Part shown: positions 20,884 to 30,170 of the stretch, piece by piece
Position numbering within the stretch: the stretch's first letter is position 1
Layout: every line of letters begins with the position of its first letter
DNA from: Chloroflexota bacterium
Lineage (GTDB): Bacteria > Chloroflexota > UBA11872 > VXOZ01
NCBI GenBank assembly: GCA_964291655.2
Contig: OZ219802.1
Span: 1,440,001 to 1,504,000, forward strand
DNA length: 64,000 nucleotides
Direction: 5' to 3'
Program-made: the position numbers and the translations under genes
Notes under the pieces: generated by a model
Seen by the model: only the letters and a program-made list of their open reading frames with translations
The model's database searches: none
What the model was told of the DNA's origin: nothing

Positions 20884-21615
20884 GTGAGCGTCTTGAGCAA
20901 AGTGCTCCCTTCCAAGAAGAGCACGCCAATCATGAGCAAGGACGAGCGAACGGCGCTCGTTATGCGCTATCTCGTTCACGCAGACCTCTTTCGCGATCTG
21001 TCAAAGACCGAACTTGAGCGGCTCTTCGGTCACTTACCGATGTATTCTCATTCGAAGAACACGATAGTGTATACGCCGGATGACAGAAGTGAAAGCCTCT
21101 ACATTCTCAAGATGGGCGCCGTCGACATTTACCGGCTAAGCGAGGAAGGCAAACGCCTGAGCATTCGCCGAGTTTTCATGGGCAGCGTGTTCGGTGAAAT
21201 GGGTCTGCTGGGCCAGAGCATGCACGGTTGCTTTGCCGAAACAGTTGCGCCCAGCCTCGTGTGCGTCATGTCGCGGGCTGAAATGGAAAACCTCCTGCGC
21301 CAGCGGCCCGACGTCGGGCTGCGTTTCTTCAAGGTAATTGGGGATCGGCTCCGGGCGCTTGAGGACCAGTTGGCACGCCTTGCGTTTAGTTCGGTGCGCG
21401 CCCGTGTGGCAGCGTTTCTCCTCACGCACCTGGACCCGAAGTCCCAGGAAGTGCGGGGCTTCACGCACGAGGAAATCGGCGATAGTATTGGGGCGCTGCG
21501 CTCCACGGTCACGCAATCCCTCGGCGAATTGGCGCGGGTTGGTGTGGTTGAGGTCAAGCATAAGTGTGTCTACGTGCGTAACTTTCAAGAACTTGCCGTT
21601 TTGGTGAGGGAGTAA
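20884..21615 (+). CDS. Crp/Fnr family transcriptional regulator
   Basis: FGEMGL cNMP-binding fold; [21 protein letters not shown]. Confidence 0.9.
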   Translation: MSVLSKVLPSKKSTPIMSKDERTALVMRYLVHADLFRDLSKTELERLFGHLPMYSHSKNTIVYTPDDRSESLYILKMGAVDIYRLSEEGKRLSIRRVFMGSVFGEMGLLGQSMHGCFAETVAPSLVCVMSRAEMENLLRQRPDVGLRFFKVIGDRLRALEDQLARLAFSSVRARVAAFLLTHLDPKSQEVRGFTHEEIGDSIGALRSTVTQSLGELARVGVVEVKHKCVYVRNFQELAVLVRE

Positions 21616-22358
21616 TGCAAATGTCGCAGCCGGTCAGAGTCACGGTATGGAACGAATTTCGCCATGAGAAGGCAGACGAGCATATCAGGCAGGTGTATCC
21701 GCGGGGCATCCACGGCGCCATTGCCGACTACTTAGAGGAACAACCGGGCTTCTCCGTACAGACTGCCACCCTGGATGAGCCGGAACATGGGCTCACGGAA
21801 GATGTGCTTGCAGGCACCGACGTACTCATCTGGTGGGGACATCAGGCACATGCCGCCGTAGAGGACGAAATTGTCGACCGGGTGCACGCGCGCGTGCTGG
21901 ACGGCATGGGGCTCATCTGCTTGCATTCCAGCCACTTCTCCAAGATCTTTAAGAAACTCATGGGCACGACCTGCAATCTGAAGTGGCGGGAGATCGGTGA
22001 GAACGAACGCCTCTGGGTGGTTGATCCCAGCCACCCCATCGCGGCGGGCGTAGGGCAGTACATCGACATTCCCCACGAAGAGATGTACGGCGAGTTCTTC
22101 GACATCCCGGAGCCGGACAAGCTCGTCTTCATTAGCTGGTTTCCGGGTGGCGAGGTCTTCCGCAGCGGCTGTTGCTACCATCGCGGCCGCGGCAAGGTCT
22201 TCTACTTCCGCCCCGGACACGAAACCTTCCCCACGTTCTACCAAGATGAAGTACGTCACGTGATTGGCAATGCCGTACGCTGGGCAGCGACCACGGACGG
22301 CCCCGCACCGGTATTCGGCAACGTGCAGCCGCTGGAAGAAGTGACCGTAGCGGAGTAA
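21615..22358 (+). CDS. thuA: ThuA (trehalose utilization) domain protein
   Basis: [31 protein letters not shown]. Confidence 0.88.
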   Translation: MQMSQPVRVTVWNEFRHEKADEHIRQVYPRGIHGAIADYLEEQPGFSVQTATLDEPEHGLTEDVLAGTDVLIWWGHQAHAAVEDEIVDRVHARVLDGMGLICLHSSHFSKIFKKLMGTTCNLKWREIGENERLWVVDPSHPIAAGVGQYIDIPHEEMYGEFFDIPEPDKLVFISWFPGGEVFRSGCCYHRGRGKVFYFRPGHETFPTFYQDEVRHVIGNAVRWAATTDGPAPVFGNVQPLEEVTVAE

Positions 22359-22457
22359 CAAAGTGTGCGAGATATCCGCACACTCTCCCAGCGAGCTGCA
22401 AGGTCTTCTGGCGCCCCATGGAAATCCCTGCGTAACCCCGGCCGGAGGCGCAAGAGC

Positions 22458-24032
22458 TTACTCCCTCTCCTGGGGAGGCTGTCTCAATATTTTGGTGCGG
22501 GGCACGGTGAATGGGGTGAGAAGGACAGACAGATGGCGGGTGGTATGAACAAGACGGTGCCAGTGAGAGACTCGTCCCCGGGGCGACGCTGGACTACACC
22601 CAGACCGCCACAGGGCGTGGAGGCTCTTGAGATTGAACGCGGTGGCCAGCAGGTGCCATTCGGACGTCACGTGGCTGCGGCCTCTGAGCAGGAAGCGCCT
22701 GGCACTGTGCCACTCCTTGAGCAGGCCAAAGACCGGCTCGACGATGGTACTCCGGCGGCGGTACACCTGCTTGGCAGGCGCGGTGGCCATCAACTGCCTG
22801 TGCCGTTGCAGTATTGGCTCGTAGGCGCTGATCTTTATGGAGCGGCCCCTCTGGGAGGAGGTGCAGACGCCGAAGGCCGGACAGGTTCTGCAGTCCCGGC
22901 CGTTGGCTTGGTACCGCTTGACCCGGTAGCCGTTGCTGTGGGTCAAGCGGTGCGTGTAGGTGAGCACCTTTTGCTGGGGACACAGGTAGGTGTCGGTCTC
23001 TGGACGGTAGGTGAAGTGGTCTTTATGGTAGGGGTTGCGGCGTCTGCGCTCGTGGGTCGTGGGCATCAATACCGTGTGGCCGCCGGCGTGGCACGTGGCG
23101 AGGTTGGCCCCCGAATGGTAGCCGGCGTCCGCAACGGTCACCACGTCCCGCGCGGCGTCGATGTTCTCCTGCGCCGCCTCGATCAGCGGCGCCAGGTGGG
23201 GATGGTCGTCGGCACTGGCGCTCACGTCCACGGCTGTGATCAACCTCCCCCCTGCGCCCTCGTCCGGGGACGCAAGAGGGGAGACCAGCGCCTGGGCGTT
23301 GTAGCCGGTGATGAAGCCACCCATGCCAGTCTTGAGCAGGGCCGCGTCCGCATCAGTCAGGTTCGTGTAGCGCGGCCCGTCCTCAGCCGCGACGCGGGCG
23401 AGCGCGTCGTCCACCCGCCGCCGCAGGGCCTGGGCATCGGCAAGTTCCTGCGGCAAAGTCGCTGGCGGCGCGTCGCCCCCCGTGGCGTTCTGCGCCTCCA
23501 GGTCCGCGATCGCTTGCTCGGTGCGGGACAACAGCCGCTGCAGCCCCTGCGCGTCGTGGGTATGCCGCGTCCCGGCGTTGGCCGCGATCCTGGTGCCGTC
23601 CACCGCCTGGATTGCCAACTCCACCAGGCCGGCTCGCACCGCCGTGCGCACCGTGCGCTTGAGCAGCGTCCGCATCCGGTCGCGGTGCGCCTTGTAGAAG
23701 CGCCACAGCGTGTTGTGGTCCGGCTGCTGCATCCCCACCAGCCACAGGTACGGTACCTGATCCCGGCAGGCTGCCTCCAGCTTGCGGCTCGAGCGCACGC
23801 CGGTCATGAAGCCGTAGACCCATACGCCCAGCAGCGCGCGCGGATGGTAGGCCCCGGCGCCACGCGGATCGCCTTGCAGGTCAATCTCCATCGCCTCCCA
23901 GGCCGCAGCATCGAGGCTGTCCACGAACGCTGCCGCAAACCTGACAGGATGGTCGTCCGGGATCAGTTCGTCCAGCGTCGGCGGCAACAGCCAGGCCTGT
24001 TCACGACTAAACGGTCTCAACGGCATCGTCAC
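22458..24032 (-). CDS. IS1182-family transposase
   Basis: LLPPTLDELIP, SSRKLE, PDHNT, VDGTRI, GYNAQ, ADAGYHS, YLCP..C..C, VEPVFG. Confidence 0.92.
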   Translation of the reverse strand: MTMPLRPFSREQAWLLPPTLDELIPDDHPVRFAAAFVDSLDAAAWEAMEIDLQGDPRGAGAYHPRALLGVWVYGFMTGVRSSRKLEAACRDQVPYLWLVGMQQPDHNTLWRFYKAHRDRMRTLLKRTVRTAVRAGLVELAIQAVDGTRIAANAGTRHTHDAQGLQRLLSRTEQAIADLEAQNATGGDAPPATLPQELADAQALRRRVDDALARVAAEDGPRYTNLTDADAALLKTGMGGFITGYNAQALVSPLASPDEGAGGRLITAVDVSASADDHPHLAPLIEAAQENIDAARDVVTVADAGYHSGANLATCHAGGHTVLMPTTHERRRRNPYHKDHFTYRPETDTYLCPQQKVLTYTHRLTHSNGYRVKRYQANGRDCRTCPAFGVCTSSQRGRSIKISAYEPILQRHRQLMATAPAKQVYRRRSTIVEPVFGLLKEWHSARRFLLRGRSHVTSEWHLLATAFNLKSLHALWRSGCSPASPRGRVSHWHRLVHTTRHLSVLLTPFTVPRTKILRQPPQERE

Positions 24033-24118
24033 TACCTCTCTACAAACTATCCCACCACCTCACCTTGCTTCTCTTCACACCAGTATATATCCAGTAGATC
24101 TATTTTTGAGACACCCTC
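22475..24118 (-). mobile_element. IS1182-family insertion sequence
   Basis: IRs gaggctgtctcaa / ttgagacaccctc (12/13 match); 4-bp direct repeat TGGG at 22471-22474 and 24119-24122. Confidence 0.88.
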
Positions 24119-24677
24119 TGGGGGAGAGGGTTGGGGTGAGGGGGTCTCTTTGCTACGATGGCCCTTTACGCTGAGTGGTGTCAAGACGTGTAAGGGCAGA
24201 TTTGGTGTGCATATGGAGAGATTTCAGGAGATCCACCCTCACCATAGCCCTCTCCCGTCGAGGGAGAGGGAACTATTTCGCTACCCCTTGAGTTGCGCAA
24301 GGGTCTCCGGGGGGAGAGGGTTGGGGTGAGGGGCTCTTCTCGCTTCGATGACCCCTTATATTGTTAGTTGTCAAGACTTCACAGAGTAGATTCGGTCTGT
24401 CTGTGCGGGGCTTTCGCTAGATTCACCCTCACCCACGAATCGTGTCGGTACGCTGTATCGAGTTCGGGGCAGACTCTCGCCCTCTCCCGTCGAAGAGAAC
24501 TTTGCAAATCTCTTGCCGGAACGGCAAAGTCCCCTCTCCCGGCGGGAGAGGGTTAGAGTGAGGGGGAGATGCCTGCAATCTGGGAGCTTCTTCTGCCGTT
24601 ATTGCACTTCTGCGTATTTGTCTTGCTGGCAAAGACGATGGGTCAAGCAGAAATCCCCTCACCCCGGCCCTCTCCCC

Positions 24678-25942
24678 TGTACAGACCGGGGACATAGGTA
24701 ACAGATGTTCGGGTAGATAGGTTACACATTTTGTGCTCTGAGGTCTATGGTTTTTACTCTTTGGATCGAGAAGTACACGTCCCAGACACCGTCCGTTCGG
24801 GTGGGTCGCAGGGCGACTTGCTTGTGCGTGAAGGCCCTGCCCACACGGAGCCGTCTGCCTTGGAAGGAGATGCGGCCGGAGACATCGACGCTGCGTACGC
24901 GGTCGTCGGGAGCGTAGGCGAGGGCAGGCAAGGTCTCTGGGAAAGGGCGAGGACTAGGCGTGTATCTGGTAATGGGAGTGTCGAGATCGAGGGCATGGTG
25001 TGGGCGTTCCAAGTTGTAGAAGTGGCGCCAGGTGTCAAAGGCGCGCTGGCAATGGTCCAGGTCGGTAAAGGTGGTCCCTGCCAGCAGTTCGCTCTTGAGG
25101 GAGCGGTGGAAGCGTTCCAGCTTGCCGAGTGTCTGGGGATGGTAGGGTCGGCTGTGCAGGACGTTGATGCCCAGCTGCATGAGCCAGACGGTGAGGGGCG
25201 TGAAGGGCTGGGCACTGTCGTTACCCCAGGGAGAGCCGTTGTCCATGAGCATGGCCTGGGGCAAGCCGTAGCGGCGAAAGACAGCGGTGAGGCGGTCTTG
25301 GACCGTCTCTCCCCGCTCGTTGGCACAGGCCTGTAACCCGAGGTTGAAGCGGGAGTGATCGTCTAGGAGGGTGAGAGGATGACAGCGGTTCTGCTGCATG
25401 ACGAAATGTCCCTTGAAGTCCATCTGCCACAGCTCGTTGGGCTGGGGTCGTTCGAAGCGCACATGGGGCGTGTGCTTGGCGCTCTGGGCTGGATCGATGA
25501 GCCCATGGCGTTTGAGAATGGCATTGATGGTGCTCTTGGCCGGCACGTCGGTGACCCCCTGGTCCTGCAGCATCCGGCGCAGCACGTGTGCGCCTTTCTT
25601 CGGATGCGCCAGGCGCAAGGCGATGATGCGCTCCTCCAGCGCCGGGCGCGTGCGGTGCGGACACGTGTGCGGCCGCCGCGACCGGTCGTGCAAACCGTCT
25701 TCGCCAGCTTTCGCATACCGCTCCAGCGTCTTGTACGCCGTCTTGCGACTGATCTCCAGACGGCGACACAGCTCGCTGATGTTGGCCCCTTCCATCAGTG
25801 CCAGTGCAATGAACTCCTTGCGTTCAGACACAACCGTACTCTCCTTCCAAGGCATGGCGCTCCTCCATCTGTAAGAATCTCCATGCCTTAAGGTGTAACC
25901 TATGTGCCCGAACATGTGTAACCCATGTACCCGGTCTATACA
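24678..25942 (-). mobile_element. IS481-family insertion sequence
   Basis: TGT..ACA ends with about 50-bp imperfect IRs; flanks tcccc / tccca. Confidence 0.9.
24722..25855 (-). CDS. IS481-family transposase
   Basis: MPWKE start after GGAGGA; WQMDFKG, DNG, PYHPQTLGKLERFH. Confidence 0.95.
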   Translation of the reverse strand: MPWKESTVVSERKEFIALALMEGANISELCRRLEISRKTAYKTLERYAKAGEDGLHDRSRRPHTCPHRTRPALEERIIALRLAHPKKGAHVLRRMLQDQGVTDVPAKSTINAILKRHGLIDPAQSAKHTPHVRFERPQPNELWQMDFKGHFVMQQNRCHPLTLLDDHSRFNLGLQACANERGETVQDRLTAVFRRYGLPQAMLMDNGSPWGNDSAQPFTPLTVWLMQLGINVLHSRPYHPQTLGKLERFHRSLKSELLAGTTFTDLDHCQRAFDTWRHFYNLERPHHALDLDTPITRYTPSPRPFPETLPALAYAPDDRVRSVDVSGRISFQGRRLRVGRAFTHKQVALRPTRTDGVWDVYFSIQRVKTIDLRAQNV

Positions 25943-26252
25943 TCCCAGGGAGAGGGGGCAGATCTTACGTCACCGGCTGGGATTACGCAATGGTCTCCGG
26001 TGGGAAAGGGGATTTTCTCACCTCGGCAAAGGGTATGCAAATGGCTCCCAAGGAGAGGGTCGGGGTAAGGGGAAATCTTCACCCTTCCCACCTCAATCGG
26101 TCTCCGCTTCGGGGTTTCGCAGGGTCTCCCATAGGGTGTGGAGCCGCAGAAGAATCACGCACAGCTACTTACCTGTTACTTGGCACTGTGGTAGCTTTAA
26201 TCCTAGCGGAGCACGTCAGCGCATCAGGAAAAGTAATTGAGGAAGGCGCGTT

Positions 26253-27749
26253 ATGTCCACGCGGCTGTACATTGCCGTAGTGTCGACGACGGTACTTGCT
26301 GTCGCCCTCATATTGCTGAGTCTCGCAGCGTACGTCGTGCTCGCGTTCAGTCTGCACTCGCAGCTTGACCGGGGCTTGGCTGCGGAGGGTCAGCAGTTGA
26401 GCGACTACTTTCTCACGTCTGCCGATTCCCCACTCGTCGGCAGTACGCTACCGGTCTCCACCACACCTTTTGAAGCGGTAGCGCCTTCCGGCGCGGCCTT
26501 TCGCATCGTTGCGCAGGACGGCCGTGTGCTGGCCCGCTCGGTCGGTAACCTTACCCAGCCGCTTGACGGAAGCGTCTATAGCGCCACCGGCGCATGGCCG
26601 CAGTCTCTTGCCTACGAAACGGTAGAATACGCGGACTCGCGGTTCCGCATCTATTCATTACCACTTGTACTGCCCGCACAGGCGCACGGAATCCTGCAAA
26701 TAGCCCGTCCGCTGGCGCCGGTAGAACAGACCCTGGCGCATCTTCGTCTGGTTCTCATCGCCGGCGCCGGCGTCAGCCTGCTGCTCGCGGTAGGTGTGGG
26801 CCTGCTGCTGGCGCACATTTCCGCCAAACCGATCGAGGACGTTGCGAGCGCCACGGCGCGCATTCGAGCGTTTGGCGAAGACAACGAGCGTCTCGTGTCA
26901 CGGGGACATCTCCAAGAACCAAACTGGCTGGTGCAGAGCCTCAACAATTTACTTGATCGTGTTGCGCTCGCCGAAGCGTCCGCGGGCGAGGCGTCGGTGT
27001 TTCGCACCCAATGTACGGGCTACGTACAGAAGCAACTGGCGCGGCTCATCGTGCAGCAACGTGGCCTAAATGACTTTCTGCGCACGGAGTTGCGACCGCG
27101 CGATCCAAACGCGCTGGAACTACCCGATGCGCAGGATAATTCCGTGCGGAGCTTCTTGCAGACCGACCCGCGCGGTTGGATTTCAGCATACGACGACGTT
27201 GTCGGCTGGCTGGAAGCGCAGACAGAAGCGCTCGAGCGCTGGGTGCACCATCTCCCCCACTACGTGGAAGCACAGGAAGGGTTGGACCTAGAGAGTGAAG
27301 AAATTGCCCTGGCGCCGCTGCTCTTTGCCATCTGCGAGGAGCGGCGTGAACAGCATAAAGACTCCTTGAAGGTCGCGCGCAACCTGGCCTGCACGCCTCG
27401 CTTGCGCGGCGACGCCCGGAGCCTGCATAACGCGCTGGCCGCGCTGGTGGATAACGCATGCTTCAGTACGCCCACCGGGGGCACGGTAACGGTTGAGCTC
27501 CATTGCGCCGGGCCGGACGCGACGATTACGATTGCCGACACCGGCGCCGGCATCGCGCCGGATGAACTGCCGCACGTCTTTACCCGTTTCTACCGCGCTG
27601 CCGATTCCAGTCCCGGCCATGGCCTGGGACTGCCGTTCGCCCACGACGTGATCGTGCAGCACGGCGGTACGCTGGAGGTCGAGAGTGTGCCGGGTGCGGG
27701 CAGCACCTTTACCGCGCGCTTGCCGCAGGAGCGGAGCGGTGGGGTATAA
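26253..27749 (+). CDS. Membrane sensor kinase-like protein (HAMP plus HATPase), H-box His absent
   Basis: Two TM helices, HAMP, DNA / DTGAGI / FTRFYR / GHGLGL boxes; no HELRTP. Confidence 0.85.
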   Translation: MSTRLYIAVVSTTVLAVALILLSLAAYVVLAFSLHSQLDRGLAAEGQQLSDYFLTSADSPLVGSTLPVSTTPFEAVAPSGAAFRIVAQDGRVLARSVGNLTQPLDGSVYSATGAWPQSLAYETVEYADSRFRIYSLPLVLPAQAHGILQIARPLAPVEQTLAHLRLVLIAGAGVSLLLAVGVGLLLAHISAKPIEDVASATARIRAFGEDNERLVSRGHLQEPNWLVQSLNNLLDRVALAEASAGEASVFRTQCTGYVQKQLARLIVQQRGLNDFLRTELRPRDPNALELPDAQDNSVRSFLQTDPRGWISAYDDVVGWLEAQTEALERWVHHLPHYVEAQEGLDLESEEIALAPLLFAICEERREQHKDSLKVARNLACTPRLRGDARSLHNALAALVDNACFSTPTGGTVTVELHCAGPDATITIADTGAGIAPDELPHVFTRFYRAADSSPGHGLGLPFAHDVIVQHGGTLEVESVPGAGSTFTARLPQERSGGV

Positions 27750-29340
27750 GCCCTATGACCCGCTGCAGGACCGCAAACGGTCGTGGCGGAGTCGGCTCAT
27801 GGTCCCCGGCGCAATTGCCGCCTTGCTCCTCGTCGTGGCTGCCGGTACCACGCTTACGGTGATCGGTGTCTTGCGTCTCATGGATGGTCCCAGCGCCGCT
27901 GAGACCGGCGTCGGCGCCTCGTCAAGCACACGTACCGCCGTCGCGCCGGGAGAACGCCAACCGATCGTTCCTTTGCCTACCGTCGCGCCCACTGCCGTAC
28001 CAACTGCCGCTCCCACTGCCGTACCTACAGCCCTGCCGAGCCCCGTGCCTACTCCAGTGCCCACTATTGTGCCCACACAACCGCCCGCGCCGACGGCTGT
28101 TGTCGTAGAGGTGATCGAGAACCGAGCAAAAGAGGTGTTTGACCGCCTCACGGGGAGCGTCGTGCGGATTTCAACGGCGTCAGGCAACGTCGGCATCGGT
28201 CAGCCATATAGCGAGGCCGGATCAGGCTTCGTGATCGATGAGGCCGGGTACATTCTCACGAATTATCACGTGATAAAAGATGCCAGGAGTATTCAGATCA
28301 CGCTCAGTGATGAGGTGACGCAGGGCACGGCGAGGATCGTAGGCACCGACCCGGGTTCCGACGTCGCCTTGCTCAAAGCCAATGATGGGCTGCTGGACAA
28401 GCTCGTAATCGCTCCCCTTGGCTCCTCCGCTGCCGTGGAAGTGGGCGACCAAGTCATTGCCATCGGCAGCCAATACTTCGCCTATCAGAATAGCCTCACT
28501 ACGGGGATTGTGGGCGGCTTGAACCGCCCCTACGCCTTTGCCGGTCGCACCATTACGGGCATGATCCAATTCGATGCCGCAATCAACCGCGGGAGTTCAG
28601 GCGGGCCGCTCATTGACCTCCGGCAGGGCGCGGTCATAGGCATCAATACGGCAATCCAATCGAGCAACTTTGCCGGTATCGCGTTGGCGTTGCCCATTGA
28701 CCGCATTAAGGCTATCTTGCCCGATCTACGCGCCGGCATAACGCCGCAGCACGCCTGGCTCGCAATCTACGGCGCCAGCATAACGCCGCAACTCGCCGCG
28801 CACTGCAGTCTGCCCGTAGATTTCGGCGTCATCGTCTACAGCATCCTACCGGGTTCCACGCTCAATATCGAAAGTGATGAAACCAAAACGTTTAAGACCG
28901 GCGCAAATGGTGACATTATTGTCAGTATCGATGACCTCCCGGTCCGCAACCTCAATGAGTTGAGCAGATACGTTGACGCCCACAAGCAGCCCGGCGACGT
29001 CGTCGAAATTCGAGTCTATCGCGAACGTAAATATAATGAACTCTTAGAGGTTACGCTGGAGGAGTGGCCGAACAAAGAAGTGCGGCCCCTCACTCAGGCC
29101 GTCGATTGCTCCAAACCCACCAGCGAGCCGATCAACGCCCCTACGGTGCCGCCCATCACCGCGGAGATCACCACGAACGCCGCCAGCGGCAGATTCATCA
29201 TCTCCGCCGAGCCGCTGATACCGGCGATGGCTGCTGCTACGAGTCCGATCACGGCGCCACCGGCGATGCCGACCACAATGCCGCGCGCCGCCATGCGCTC
29301 TGACGAGCCCATAGCTGCGGTATCAGTGACGGTAGCTTGA
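27739..29340 (+). CDS. HtrA/DegP-family serine protease with Pro/Thr linker and PDZ
   Basis: TM anchor, PTAVP repeats, TNYHV, DVALL, AINRGSSGGPL; GTG start after AGGAG. Confidence 0.9.
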   Translation: MGYKPYDPLQDRKRSWRSRLMVPGAIAALLLVVAAGTTLTVIGVLRLMDGPSAAETGVGASSSTRTAVAPGERQPIVPLPTVAPTAVPTAAPTAVPTALPSPVPTPVPTIVPTQPPAPTAVVVEVIENRAKEVFDRLTGSVVRISTASGNVGIGQPYSEAGSGFVIDEAGYILTNYHVIKDARSIQITLSDEVTQGTARIVGTDPGSDVALLKANDGLLDKLVIAPLGSSAAVEVGDQVIAIGSQYFAYQNSLTTGIVGGLNRPYAFAGRTITGMIQFDAAINRGSSGGPLIDLRQGAVIGINTAIQSSNFAGIALALPIDRIKAILPDLRAGITPQHAWLAIYGASITPQLAAHCSLPVDFGVIVYSILPGSTLNIESDETKTFKTGANGDIIVSIDDLPVRNLNELSRYVDAHKQPGDVVEIRVYRERKYNELLEVTLEEWPNKEVRPLTQAVDCSKPTSEPINAPTVPPITAEITTNAASGRFIISAEPLIPAMAAATSPITAPPAMPTTMPRAAMRSDEPIAAVSVTVA

Positions 29341-29870
29341 TCGTAGTCGGGATTCTCCGCGTCGACGGTATCGCCGAATGAGCCGTATACCAAGCCGAGC
29401 GAAGCGCCGTAGACGATATGCAGAATCAAATTGCCGAGAACGGGCAGGAATCCCGCGTTGAGGCCGAGTCCCAGAAAGCCAACGCCTACCAACGGCAGGA
29501 ATACCACCAGCGAGAGTACCCACGGGAAGAAGGCAAAGGCCAGTCCGCGGCCTACGTCCGGGCCGGGAATGCGCGGCTCGACAAAGTACGCGTAGATGAG
29601 GGCGAAGCCCAAGCCGATGGCCAGATGGACCGCGATGGCGGCGTAAAACACATCGGTTGTATACTCAATCAGGATGTTATCGGTCAAGCCCTTAAACCAG
29701 GCCGAGTATGTTTGGGCGCCGGCCTGTGCGGAAGGCTCAATGCTCGCCAGCGCGAAGGCAATGCCGTACGCGACTACGGCAGCAAGTATCATGAGTACAG
29801 TGGCTACAAAGCCGGATAAGACCGCCCGCGCCAGCCAGCCTTGCCGCATCGTCGTTTGCGCGTTTACCAT
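29094..29870 (-). CDS. Hypothetical multi-pass membrane protein
   Basis: AAGGAGGT RBS; about 6 TM helices, His residues in VHLAIG and LHIVYG. Confidence 0.8.
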   Translation of the reverse strand: MVNAQTTMRQGWLARAVLSGFVATVLMILAAVVAYGIAFALASIEPSAQAGAQTYSAWFKGLTDNILIEYTTDVFYAAIAVHLAIGLGFALIYAYFVEPRIPGPDVGRGLAFAFFPWVLSLVVFLPLVGVGFLGLGLNAGFLPVLGNLILHIVYGASLGLVYGSFGDTVDAENPDYDQATVTDTAAMGSSERMAARGIVVGIAGGAVIGLVAAAIAGISGSAEMMNLPLAAFVVISAVMGGTVGALIGSLVGLEQSTA

Positions 29871-30170
29871 GATCGCTACCTCCTTGTGAGGCGGGGAATT
29901 GCGCACACGTCGCTTGAGCTGCAGGCACTACGCAAATCGAGCAGGAGTGCCTGCTCACCAACTTGTCACCGTGTACTCGACCTCCCACCTACGGCTGCCA
30001 ATCGGCAGCAATGCAACGAACGAAACACCTCTTAGTCTCATTGTTGAGTTAAAGCTCCCACTTGTCAACCACTTAAGCACAAAGAAGCCACCGATTTGGA
30101 CGCAATGGTGGGGGAGAGGATGTGCAGCGGGGCCCGCCGCTCACCGGTCAAGCAGCATGCAATTTCAACG

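Noticed and set aside
22365-24329. 654-aa plus-strand ORF
   Set aside because: Antisense shadow of the IS1182 transposase in GC-rich DNA.
27975-28100. Short tandem repeats
   Set aside because: They encode the ordinary PTAVP linker of the protease.
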